A DNA stretch of 56,238 nt from Candidatus Aminicenantes bacterium (GTDB lineage Bacteria > Acidobacteriota > Aminicenantia > Aminicenantales > Aminicenantaceae): assembly GCA_030669305.1 (NCBI GenBank), contig DAOVDU010000003.1:1-56238 (forward strand). Direction: 5' to 3'. The notes under the pieces were generated by a model. It was not told the DNA's origin and made no database searches. It was given only the letters and a program-made list of their open reading frames with translations. This document shows, in pieces, positions 8,851-17,619 of this stretch. The position numbers and the translations under genes were made by a program. Position 1 is the first letter of the stretch; every line of letters starts with the position of its first letter.

Positions 8851-10035
8851 GTGAGTATTTTCAATAAATGTTACAACTTCATCCGAGCTGAAGAAGCCAT
8901 AGAATTAGACATGTATCCTTATTTCACTCCTATCCAAGAGGTTAATGGAAATATAGTAAAAGTTAACGGCAAAGAGATGATAATGGTTGGATCTAACAAC
9001 TATTTAGGGCTTGTCAATCATCCCAAGGTGATGAAAGCAGCACAGGAGGCTGTTGACAGATATGGAGTTGCTACTTGTGGTTCAAGGTTTTTGAACGGAA
9101 CTCTGGATATTCATGTTGAGCTGGAAAGGAGATTAGGCAAATTTATGAAAAAAGAAGCAGCTCTTGCTTTCAGCACGGGATTCCAGACGAATCAGGGGAT
9201 AATATCAACAATCGTAGGAAGAGGAGATGCGATTATTACTGACAGGATGGTTCATGCAAGCATTGTGGATGCATCCCGTCTTTCTTATGGGAATATCTTT
9301 AAATTTAAACATAATGATATGGCTGACCTAGAGAGGATACTTTCCTCCATAGACGTAAATGATTCAAAATTGATTGTTGTTGATGGCGTCTTCAGTATGG
9401 AGGGAGACCTTGCAAATTTGCCAGAAATTGTTAAGTTGGCCAAGAAATATAAAGCGCAACTTATGGTTGATGATGCTCATGGAATAGGAGTTATGGGAGA
9501 AAATGGGAGAGGAACTTGTGAGCATTTTAATGTTGAGGATGATGTTGATTTGGTCATGGGCACATTCAGTAAATCTTTTGCTTCGTTGGGCGGGTTTGTA
9601 GCCGGGGAGAAGAAAGTCATTTCTTACATCAAACATCATGCGCGGGCCTTAATTTTTAGCGCCAGCACAACGCCTGCCTCTGTGGCTACAGTCTTGGCTT
9701 CGCTTGATGTCTTTGAAACAGAGCCAGAGAGAAGAGAAAAGCTTTGGCAGATTACAAAAAAAATGAAATCCGGATTTCAGACCATGGGTTATGACACAGG
9801 GCCGACAGAGACGCCAATTATTCCAGTCATCATTGGAAATGATGAGCTGGCTATTATGTTATGGAGATTACTAAGGGAGAATGGCATTTTTACAAATCCT
9901 GTGATTTATCCTGCTGTTCCCCATGGCCAGTCTCTTATCAGGACAAGCTATTCTGCCACGCATACAGATGAAGAATTGGGTACCGTTCTTAGCAGCTTTG
10001 AGGAATGTGGAAAGAGTCTGGGGATTATTAAATAG
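8851..10035 (+). CDS. PLP-dependent alpha-oxoamine synthase, most like serine palmitoyltransferase
   Basis: YPYF N-terminus, GSNNYLGL, CGSRFLNGT, FSTGF, HASI.D, DGVFSMEGD, VDDAHG, PLP Lys in GTFSKS. GTG start after AGGAGG. Confidence 0.8.
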   Translation: MSIFNKCYNFIRAEEAIELDMYPYFTPIQEVNGNIVKVNGKEMIMVGSNNYLGLVNHPKVMKAAQEAVDRYGVATCGSRFLNGTLDIHVELERRLGKFMKKEAALAFSTGFQTNQGIISTIVGRGDAIITDRMVHASIVDASRLSYGNIFKFKHNDMADLERILSSIDVNDSKLIVVDGVFSMEGDLANLPEIVKLAKKYKAQLMVDDAHGIGVMGENGRGTCEHFNVEDDVDLVMGTFSKSFASLGGFVAGEKKVISYIKHHARALIFSASTTPASVATVLASLDVFETEPERREKLWQITKKMKSGFQTMGYDTGPTETPIIPVIIGNDELAIMLWRLLRENGIFTNPVIYPAVPHGQSLIRTSYSATHTDEELGTVLSSFEECGKSLGIIK

Positions 10036-10052
10036 ATGAATGTGATTTAATT

Positions 10053-11861
10053 ATGAAAAAAAAGGTTGGACAATTTTTTTTGATATTACTCTTGACTTTC
10101 ACATTCGGTTTGAATGTTGAAGGCTCTTTGTCGATTCTTCCTGTAAGCCAGATTAAAGCCGGGATGAAAGGCAAAGGGAAATCTGTTTTTATGGGTGGTA
10201 AGATCGAAGAATTCGATGTTGAAATTCTGGGGGTTCTGCATAATTTTCAACCTAAAAGAAACTTGATATTGGCAAAACTTAAAAATAGCATATTGGATGA
10301 AGCGGGTGTTATCCAGGGCATGAGTGGAAGCCCGGTTTATGTGGATGGCAAGCTCATCGGGGCTGTTGCCTATAGCTATGGAACTTTTACCAAAGAGGCC
10401 ATTGCAGGTATTACTCCCATAGCTGAGATGCTGGCTATTTCAGAGGGAGACACTTCGAAGTCTTCCTTTTCTCCACGAATTCCAATAAAAAAGCACCTTA
10501 CATTGGAAGAGCTCTTTGAAATAAACAAGGAATTTTTTCAAGCTAGATCGTCAGGTGCCGCTGAAGGGCAAATCTTTAAACCCCTAAGCATACCTCTCGT
10601 TTTTAGTGGTTTTTCTTCCCCGGTGTTTGAAAAGGCAAAGACTTTTTTTTCGAAGCTGGGATTTATTCCTTTAAGAGCAGGCTCTTCTGCTCAGTCTCTA
10701 GATGAGGTTTCGCCTCCTGATATGACGCTTCAAGAAGGGGCCCCGGTTGGTGTTCAACTTATAAGTGGCGATATGAATATGTCTGCCGTGGGAACAGTGA
10801 CCTATGTTGACGGCAGCAGAATTCTTGCCTTTGGCCACCCTCTATATAATTTAGGTGCGGTTGATTATGCCATGACCAAGGCAAAGGTTATAGCCGTTAT
10901 TCCCAGTCTTTCTACTTCCGTCAGGGTTGCCGTTACAGATATCATAGTCGGGAGGTTTTCTCAAGATCGAACCTCAGGTGTACTTGGTGAGCTTGGAAAG
11001 ATGCCTCAGTTCATTCCTATCAATTTCAAGATGTTAAACGCCAAAGGCAAAATAAGGGATTTTAAAGTAAAAATCTCCAATGATAAAATTTTGACTCCAG
11101 CTCTTGTTAATCTTGCTGTGACAAATATCATGTCAGTTGAAGAGAGGTCTTATGGCGACCTTACAATCGAACTGAATGGAAATGTTTATTTAGACAACGG
11201 CATGAGTATTCATCTCGAAGACCTTTTTTCTGGGACTTTTGATTTCTCCATCGTAAACCTTTCAAGCCTTGTTTCAGCAGTTGTTTTTTTCTTGACTAAC
11301 AATGAATTTGAAGAGTTGGCCATTCATCGCATTGACCTGAATTTACGCGTAGCTGAAGAGGTTCGATTTTCCTATCTCGAAAAGGTTTGGCTTGACAAGT
11401 ATGATGTTTCTCCTGGTGAGAGGATTCAGATAAAGATTTATTCCAGGAATTTCAGAGGGGAAAGCATGCTCAAGGAAGTAAGCCTTGCCGCTCCCCATCT
11501 TCAGTCTGGCTCTGAATTCTATATTGTCATTGGTGATGCTGCCTCCATACATCAGATAGAAATGAGCCAATATCGAACTAAGGCTTTTGTTCCACGTAGC
11601 TTAAACCAACTGGTAAGGATATTAAGCAGCCTCAGGAAAAATAATCGCATTTATTTTAAAATACTCGCTGCCAAGCCAGGCCTATTTCTTAAAGGTGAAG
11701 AAATGCCAAACTTACCCCCGACCATGAAATCCATGTTTTCTTCTCCTCGAGCAGCTTCATCTGCCCCCACTGAACTCATTAGATCTACCCTAGGTGAATA
11801 TCAACTCCCTATTAATTATGTTTTCAAAGGAGCAGCGTTGATTCCCATTAAGATTAAATGA
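10053..11861 (+). CDS. Secreted SpoIVB-like (peptidase S55) serine protease
   Basis: Signal peptide; IQGMSGSPVYVDGKLIGAV (Ser motif); GTVTY...AFGHP (His motif). Confidence 0.85.
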   Translation: MKKKVGQFFLILLLTFTFGLNVEGSLSILPVSQIKAGMKGKGKSVFMGGKIEEFDVEILGVLHNFQPKRNLILAKLKNSILDEAGVIQGMSGSPVYVDGKLIGAVAYSYGTFTKEAIAGITPIAEMLAISEGDTSKSSFSPRIPIKKHLTLEELFEINKEFFQARSSGAAEGQIFKPLSIPLVFSGFSSPVFEKAKTFFSKLGFIPLRAGSSAQSLDEVSPPDMTLQEGAPVGVQLISGDMNMSAVGTVTYVDGSRILAFGHPLYNLGAVDYAMTKAKVIAVIPSLSTSVRVAVTDIIVGRFSQDRTSGVLGELGKMPQFIPINFKMLNAKGKIRDFKVKISNDKILTPALVNLAVTNIMSVEERSYGDLTIELNGNVYLDNGMSIHLEDLFSGTFDFSIVNLSSLVSAVVFFLTNNEFEELAIHRIDLNLRVAEEVRFSYLEKVWLDKYDVSPGERIQIKIYSRNFRGESMLKEVSLAAPHLQSGSEFYIVIGDAASIHQIEMSQYRTKAFVPRSLNQLVRILSSLRKNNRIYFKILAAKPGLFLKGEEMPNLPPTMKSMFSSPRAASSAPTELIRSTLGEYQLPINYVFKGAALIPIKIK

Positions 11862-11886
11862 ATAAGAAGTTCGAATCTAATAGGAG

Positions 11887-14052
11887 ATGGAAAGGATGAA
11901 AAAGACTTTGATTGTTGGTTTTACTGCTATGTTCTTTTTGGTGCAAGCGCTCCAAGGAGTTATCCCACAAAAGTGGGAGCATCGGAGATTAGAGGATTTT
12001 CTAAAGGGCAAGTTTGATGGAATATCTGTCTCCTTTGATGGTATTCTTTCTCTTTCTCCTAAGGAAGATAAAATAGAGGGGCCTGGGGAGGAGTTTTACT
12101 TGTCTCTTCTTCTTACGGAAAAAGAAGTGGCCTATCTTGGAACAGGACATGGAGGAAAAATATACAGAATTGATAAAGACGGCAAAGTCGAACTTTACTG
12201 CCAGGTGCCTGAGATGGATATCTACTGTCTTGCCCAGGATAGAAAAGGAAATCTTTATGCAGGAACTTCACCAAACGGCAAAATTTATAAAATCACAGCA
12301 AAAGGAGAACGTGCTGTTTTTTTTAACCCCCAGGAAAAATACATCTGGGATTTGTTGTTTACAGAAAAAGGATTTTTGCTGGCTGCGGTCGGTGAAAAGG
12401 GGGGAATTTATGAAATAAATAGCCAAGGTGAAGGTAGGTTAATACTGAAAGCAGAGGAAAATCATATCCTCTGTCTGAAGAATGATAGAAACGGGGATTT
12501 GATTGCTGGCAGCGGGGGAAAAGGAGCCCTTTATCGTATTAAGCCTGGGAAAAAAGTTTCAATCCTGTTTGAGTCTCCTTTCGAGGAGATAAAGAGCGTT
12601 GCTATAGACAGGGAAGGAAATATCTATGCTGCAGCCGGAGGAAGTGTTACCAGGCCAAGGAAAGAGGAAGCAATCCCAGTTTCTACTAAAGAAGATACAG
12701 ATATAACCATCACGGTCACCCCTTCTTCTGTCCAATCCAAAGGAGTTACAAGTATGAATCAGAAGCAGCCAGGGGCCCTTTACAGAGTAAATCCTGATGG
12801 TATAGCAAAAAGGCTTTGGTATTCCAGCGAGGAATTAATCTATACTTTGCTCTGGAATGAGAGAGAGGAAAGAATTATTTTCGGTACTGGAAATAAAGGG
12901 CGAATTTATACTATAGATAAAAATGAAAAAACATCGCTCCTTCTTCAGAAAAATTCTGAACAGGTTTATCTCCTCCTTCCTTCTAACTCAAAAATATACA
13001 CTTTATCAAACAATCCATCCAGCATGAGTCTTCTTTTTCCTGAGCAAAGATTCAAAGGAGAGTATTTCAGTCAGGTTCTGGATGCGAAAATCATTTCGTC
13101 ATGGGGAAGAATAAAATGGCAAGCAGAGCTTCCTCCTGGCTCGAGGCTCCAATTCCAGACGAGAAGTGGAAATACTGATAAAGTAGATAAGACTTGGAGC
13201 GAATGGTCTCCTCCTTATAAAAATATACAAGGCGAACAGATTTTAAGCCCTAAGGCCCGCTATGTCCAGTATAAAGCCATCTTTCAGATTCAGTCTGGCA
13301 ATATATCTCCTTATCTTCATGAAGTTTTTCTTTTCTATCTTCAAACAAATCTTGCTCCAGAAATAACTAAGTTAGATTTGCTTCCTTCGAACGAAGTGTA
13401 TCTAAAACCGCCTGAACAAGGTGAAATAATATGGGGAATAAATTCGGATTTATCCGAGCAAGCTAAAAGCAAGGATAAAACCTTGAGTTATATTGTAGCA
13501 AAGAAAGCCAAAAGAAAAGGATTCCAGACTATTATCTGGGCAGCGGCTGATGAGAATGGAGATAACCTTCTGTATTCAATCTATATAAAAAAAGAGGATG
13601 AGAACAAATGGAGAGTTTTCATGGAGAGATGCGCAGATAAAATCTTTGCCTTTGATACTTTGTCTTTTCCTGATGGGATCTATTATGTGAAGGTCGTGGC
13701 TTCTGATGCACCTTCTAATCCCCTTGGAATGGAGTTAAAAGCTGATAAAATCAGCCGGCCGATGATTATTGATAATTCTCTTCCTGTAATTAAATATTTC
13801 CGAGCAGCAAAAGATAGAAATAAGCTTAATGTAACCTTTTTGGCTGAAGATTCGATGACTTACATCAAGGAAGTCAAATTTCTCATCCGGCCGAATGAAT
13901 GGCAAAATATTTTTCCTGAGGATGGGATTTGTGACTCAAAGCAAGAGAAATTCAATGTAACTGTGACTTTATCCCCTAACTCTGACAACCTTATTGCTGT
14001 CAAAGTTCTAGACAGCCATGGCAATGTAGGTGTCTACAGAACCACGTTTTAA
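11887..14052 (+). CDS. Secreted beta-propeller protein with C-terminal beta-sandwich/FnIII-like domains
   Basis: Signal peptide; ~40-aa blades (YLGTGHGGKIYRI, LYAGTSPNGKIYKI, LIAGSGGKGALYRI, IFGTGNKGRIYTI); C-terminal DENGDNLLYSIY and PDGIYYVKVVASD. Confidence 0.75.
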   Translation: MERMKKTLIVGFTAMFFLVQALQGVIPQKWEHRRLEDFLKGKFDGISVSFDGILSLSPKEDKIEGPGEEFYLSLLLTEKEVAYLGTGHGGKIYRIDKDGKVELYCQVPEMDIYCLAQDRKGNLYAGTSPNGKIYKITAKGERAVFFNPQEKYIWDLLFTEKGFLLAAVGEKGGIYEINSQGEGRLILKAEENHILCLKNDRNGDLIAGSGGKGALYRIKPGKKVSILFESPFEEIKSVAIDREGNIYAAAGGSVTRPRKEEAIPVSTKEDTDITITVTPSSVQSKGVTSMNQKQPGALYRVNPDGIAKRLWYSSEELIYTLLWNEREERIIFGTGNKGRIYTIDKNEKTSLLLQKNSEQVYLLLPSNSKIYTLSNNPSSMSLLFPEQRFKGEYFSQVLDAKIISSWGRIKWQAELPPGSRLQFQTRSGNTDKVDKTWSEWSPPYKNIQGEQILSPKARYVQYKAIFQIQSGNISPYLHEVFLFYLQTNLAPEITKLDLLPSNEVYLKPPEQGEIIWGINSDLSEQAKSKDKTLSYIVAKKAKRKGFQTIIWAAADENGDNLLYSIYIKKEDENKWRVFMERCADKIFAFDTLSFPDGIYYVKVVASDAPSNPLGMELKADKISRPMIIDNSLPVIKYFRAAKDRNKLNVTFLAEDSMTYIKEVKFLIRPNEWQNIFPEDGICDSKQEKFNVTVTLSPNSDNLIAVKVLDSHGNVGVYRTTF

Positions 14053-14112
14053 TAAGTCTATTCCGTCTATTCGGTTTATCTGGTTTGTTTAAGTTTGTCT
14101 AAACCAACTTCC

Positions 14113-14241
14113 ATTCTTGCCTTAAACATTAAACCTTAATCCTTAAACCAATCTCAATTCTTGCCTTAAACATTAAACCTTAATCCTTAAACCAATCTCA
14201 ATTCTTGCCTTAAACATTAAACCTTCAACCTTAATCCTTAA
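14113..14241. repeat. 44-bp direct tandem repeat, two full copies (14113-14156, 14157-14200) plus a partial third
   Basis: Unit ATTCTTGCCTTAAACATTAAACCTTAATCCTTAAACCAATCTCA; no spacers. Confidence 0.93.
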
Positions 14242-14308
14242 GAAAATTGGGAATGATTTTTTCAGCTTATGGCTTACTGCTTACTGCTTACAAGTATTAA
14301 TTTTGAGC

Positions 14309-14875
14309 TTATTTGCTTCTTACTCTTTCCAGATATTTGTTGTCTCTTGTGTCGATTCGGACAATGTCTCCCTCTTTTATGAATTGTGGCACAGTTAATG
14401 TGATGCCCGTTTCAAGGGTAGCAGGTTTGTTGATAGCTGATTGAGTGGCACCCTTAAGGAAAGGTTCAGTTTGTACCACCTTTAAATCTATTGTTAAGAG
14501 AGGGTTTGCTCCCACTGGTTTTCCTTTGTACATTTCTATAGAGAAGACCACGTTGGGAATAAGATAGTTTATTCCGCTGCCTATAGTCTCTGCGGAAAGT
14601 TTAAATTGTTCGTAGTTTTTATGGCTCATAAAGATATAATCATCTCCTTCCCGATAGAGAAACTCCATTTCGATTTCCTCAAGATAGGCTTGTTCCACTT
14701 TGTCTTTCGAACGGAATCTGTAATCATATAGAGTTTGATCCTTGAGTTTGCGGAGTTTTGTTTGCATAATTGCCTGTCCTTTTCCAGGAGTTATATGGGT
14801 GGACTCGAGGACTTTGTAGATCTCTTCTTCGATTTTTATAATCATTCCTTTTCTTATTTGGGTTGCATTGATCAT
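14309..14875 (-). CDS. efp: Elongation factor P
   Basis: Start MINATQIRKGM after an AGGAGG RBS; TPGKG loop; KPATLETG...VPQFIKEGD.VRIDTR...YLER. Confidence 0.97.
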   Translation of the reverse strand: MINATQIRKGMIIKIEEEIYKVLESTHITPGKGQAIMQTKLRKLKDQTLYDYRFRSKDKVEQAYLEEIEMEFLYREGDDYIFMSHKNYEQFKLSAETIGSGINYLIPNVVFSIEMYKGKPVGANPLLTIDLKVVQTEPFLKGATQSAINKPATLETGITLTVPQFIKEGDIVRIDTRDNKYLERVRSK

Positions 14876-14888
14876 CTTTCCTCCTTTA

Positions 14889-15078
14889 CGGTCTGTTCGG
14901 TCTATTCGGTCTATTCCGTTTTTCAACCTTAAACCAACTTCCATTAATCAGTTAATCAGTTAGTCAGTTAATCAGTTAGACAGTTAGTCTGTTATTTTAA
15001 TAAAAATATTCAACTGACTAACAGATTAACAGATTAACCGACTAACCGAATAACAGACTAACAGAAATCAGTTTTGAG
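14889..15078. repeat. 9-mer array plus inverted heptamer hairpin element upstream of efp
   Basis: GGTCTATTC 9-mers, then GTTAATC/GTTAGTC array, core GTTAGTCTGTTATTTTAATAAAAATATTCAAC (14983-15014), then TAACAGA/TAACCGA array. Confidence 0.88.
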
Positions 15079-16170
15079 TTATCCTGTCTCCATTTCTTCT
15101 AATCGGACTCCCTCGTCGACTTGGATTATAAAGACTTTTGCGCCAATTTTTTTTATGGCTTCGGCAGTCTCCTCTGCTCTTCCAGGAGCATAAGCGAATA
15201 TACATCCTCCCGCTCCAGAGCCGTTTATTTTTGCCCCTAGAGCTCCGACTTTTAGAGCAGCTTCTATCATTTTTTCGATTTTTGGCGTGGAGGTATGAAG
15301 ATAGTCCCTGAGAACTTGTTGCTGTCGGGAAAGAAGTTTTCCAAACTGTTTATGGTCAAATTCCTCTGATTCGAAAAGTACTTTTCCTTCTGAGGTTATG
15401 TCACGTGTAAAGAGAGTGCCTTTTAAGAGCCTCTTTACATCAGGAGAAAGTTTTTCTATTTCCTCAAGTTCTTTCTGGCCAAGGGGAGTTTTTAAACTGA
15501 AACCTTCTATTTTTTTCTGGATGATGGTTAGTCCTTGAAGAACATGATTCTTGATATACCCAAGCATTCCGGTTGTGTCTTTTTTCTGAAGAGAATCGGC
15601 CAGAACAAATTCTTTGAGTGGATTTTTTAGTTTCTTGACTTTTAAAGTTTTATCAAAATGGACAGAAATTATGCCTCCCAGGGAGGATGCATAGTGATCC
15701 ATCTTGCCTCCTGGCTCATGAAACTCTGCCACTTCTGCCTGAAAGCCTAGTTCTGCAATTGTCTCTTGATTTTTGGCGCTCTCATCTTTGGCTGCCTCAA
15801 GTAGGAATTTTAACCAGGCAACGACAAGAGCCGATGAACTGGCAGTGCCAGAATTGATAGGAATTGAACCTTGAATGAGGCAGTCCCATCCTGATGGGAT
15901 AAGAATCCCTTTTCTTTTGAGAATATTGATGGTGCTTTTAAGGTAATCCCTTTCTTGGCCATAAACCAGCTTTTTGTCCAGGTTAAATTCTTCCTCTTCT
16001 CCTATATCCGGAAGGCTGAGCTGGAATATTTTATCTCTTCTTTTTTTTCCTTTGATGAATATCCTCAGATTTATTGCGGCAGCAATAATTGGCAAGCCGA
16101 AATAGTCTTGATGTTCGCCAAAAAGGCATATTCTCCCTGGAGCGGAAACACTAATTTCATCATTTCTCAT
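15079..16170 (-). CDS. GHMP-family sugar kinase (galactokinase-like)
   Basis: PGRICLFGEHQDY, PINSGTASSSA, GKMDHY, GAKINGSGAGG. Confidence 0.88.
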   Translation of the reverse strand: MRNDEISVSAPGRICLFGEHQDYFGLPIIAAAINLRIFIKGKKRRDKIFQLSLPDIGEEEEFNLDKKLVYGQERDYLKSTINILKRKGILIPSGWDCLIQGSIPINSGTASSSALVVAWLKFLLEAAKDESAKNQETIAELGFQAEVAEFHEPGGKMDHYASSLGGIISVHFDKTLKVKKLKNPLKEFVLADSLQKKDTTGMLGYIKNHVLQGLTIIQKKIEGFSLKTPLGQKELEEIEKLSPDVKRLLKGTLFTRDITSEGKVLFESEEFDHKQFGKLLSRQQQVLRDYLHTSTPKIEKMIEAALKVGALGAKINGSGAGGCIFAYAPGRAEETAEAIKKIGAKVFIIQVDEGVRLEEMETG

Positions 16171-16214
16171 GTCCTTTTTTTACATAAAATAGGTAGAGGC
16201 TGTCAACTAGAATC

Positions 16215-16545
16215 AGTTAAGTCGTGAGTCGTAAGCCGTAAGTCGTAAGCAGAAAAATCATTCAGCATTAACTTATTTTCTTGTCTTGCCTCTTTGTCTT
16301 GCCAGCAAAGCGTTGTCTTGCCCTTTAGTTTGTCTTGCTTTTATTATCATCTGAGTCACTGTGTTACTGAGTAACTGGTTCAGATAAACCAGATAAACCA
16401 AACAAACCAGATAAACCGAACAGACGGAACAGACCGAATAGACTAATTAAAGTTGATTTTATAGGAGTTTTTTTCTATAAATATACCTATCACCAGTGAC
16501 CGGTTACCAGTGACTAATGACTGGTTTCTAGTGACCAATTAGTAA
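16215..16545. repeat. Composite intergenic repeat: CGTAAG heptamers, 61-bp GCAAGACA module (16293-16353), GTTACTG heptamers, 9-mer array, CCAGTGA heptamers
   Basis: Directly visible; module order matches 7620-7756 and 17390-17530. Confidence 0.88.
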
Positions 16546-16546
16546 G

Positions 16547-17323
16547 ATGTCTAAACTTTGTTTTTTAGGGACAGGTGGTGCTTTTGCGGCCAAAGAAAGG
16601 GATAACACTTCTTTTATTCTTGATTCTGGCAAAACGTTGATTTTAATCGATTGCCCAGGAAGCATTATCCAAAAAATTTATAAGCTGAAGTTTAATCCTC
16701 GAGATGTAAGTTCGATATTAGTAACTCATATTCATCCTGACCATATTTATGGCTTGCCGTCCTTTGTTCACAGCCTCATGCTGGATGGATGCTCGGTAAA
16801 TCTCCTTGGATCGAAAGAAAGTATCAATTTCTGCAAAAAATTACTCGATTTGTTTAATCTGCAGGATAAAAGAATTAAATTCAGGTTTAATTTTGTATCT
16901 TTAAATCCAGGACACAGTTTTCAATTAGCATCTTCGCTATCCTGCACTTCGCTGAAAGTTCCTCATAGTCATTCGTCCCTGGCATTTCACTTTTACTTTG
17001 AAGAAGAAAAAAAAGAATTGCTCTATTCTGGAGACACTCCGATCCATCCTCCTCTTTTTCGAGAGGCTGCAGAAATAGATTATCTTGTTCATGATTGCAG
17101 TGCTCCATCGCGTTTTTTTAGGAAATACCCCTCTCTTCATTCTATGCATACAAATTCTATTGAACTCGGGCGTATTTCCCAAAAGACAGGTATAAAATGC
17201 CTTATTCCCTGTCATTTTTTTAGCGAATTGGATTATTCAATGTCAGAAATTGAGCGTGAGATTAGAAGGAATTACAATGGGAAGCTGATAATACCCGAGG
17301 ACTTAACAAAGATTACTTTATGA
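16547..17323 (+). CDS. RNase Z-like metallo-beta-lactamase hydrolase
   Basis: FLGTGG, LIDCPG, THIHPDHIYGL (HxHxDH), HS, YSGDT, HDCS, HT, PCHF. Confidence 0.88.
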   Translation: MSKLCFLGTGGAFAAKERDNTSFILDSGKTLILIDCPGSIIQKIYKLKFNPRDVSSILVTHIHPDHIYGLPSFVHSLMLDGCSVNLLGSKESINFCKKLLDLFNLQDKRIKFRFNFVSLNPGHSFQLASSLSCTSLKVPHSHSSLAFHFYFEEEKKELLYSGDTPIHPPLFREAAEIDYLVHDCSAPSRFFRKYPSLHSMHTNSIELGRISQKTGIKCLIPCHFFSELDYSMSEIEREIRRNYNGKLIIPEDLTKITL

Positions 17324-17348
17324 TAAAAATGTTGGAAAGGAAAGACAA

Positions 17349-17398
17349 GCAAGACACATGGAAATCAGGGACAGTCCCTTGATTTCCATGTGTCTTGC
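17349..17398. terminator. Perfect 19-bp-arm hairpin with GGGACAGTCCC in the loop; possible terminator or REP-like site
   Basis: GCAAGACACATGGAAATCA (17349-17367) pairs with TGATTTCCATGTGTCTTGC (17380-17398), just downstream of the RNase Z-like gene. Confidence 0.55.
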
Positions 17399-17401
17399 CT
17401 C

Positions 17402-17462
17402 TTTGTCTTGCCAGCAAAGCGTTGTCTTGCCCTTTAGTTTGTCTTGCTTTTATTATTATCTG
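17402..17462 (+). repeat. 61-bp GCAAGACA module, third full copy
   Basis: Identical to 7640-7700; one mismatch to 16293-16353. Confidence 0.93.
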
Positions 17463-17541
17463 AGTTACTGTGTTACAGTGTCACTGAGTCACTTGTTTTG
17501 ATAAACCAGGTAAACCGAATAGACGAAATTAGGAGGTATAG

Positions 17542-17610
17542 ATGAAAGGACTAAGCATTGTAGTTTTGGCTTTATTTTTTGCGATTGGAGTATCTTGCCA
17601 GGCAGCTTAA
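17542..17610 (+). pseudogene. Lipoprotein signal peptide cut off from the amidohydrolase by an in-frame TAA
   Basis: AGGAGG RBS, then MKGLSIVVLALFFAIGVSCQAA*; same frame as the ORF starting at 17620. Confidence 0.75.
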
Positions 17611-17619
17611 AAAAAAAGA

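Noticed and set aside
8851-10035. bioF or kbl assignment
   Set aside because: SRFLNGT and GTFSKS fit the SPT clade better, and no bio or tdh genes are adjacent. Not fully excluded without a phylogeny.
14113-14241. Possible CRISPR array
   Set aside because: The 44-bp units are directly adjacent with no unique spacers, and no cas genes are present.
14876-14944. N-terminal extensions in the ORF track for efp (also fabH 6773-7060, alaX 31369-31521, radical SAM 36374-36418)
   Set aside because: They are read-through of repeat arrays or of the opposite-strand gene; better starts with RBS or family-typical N-termini lie downstream.
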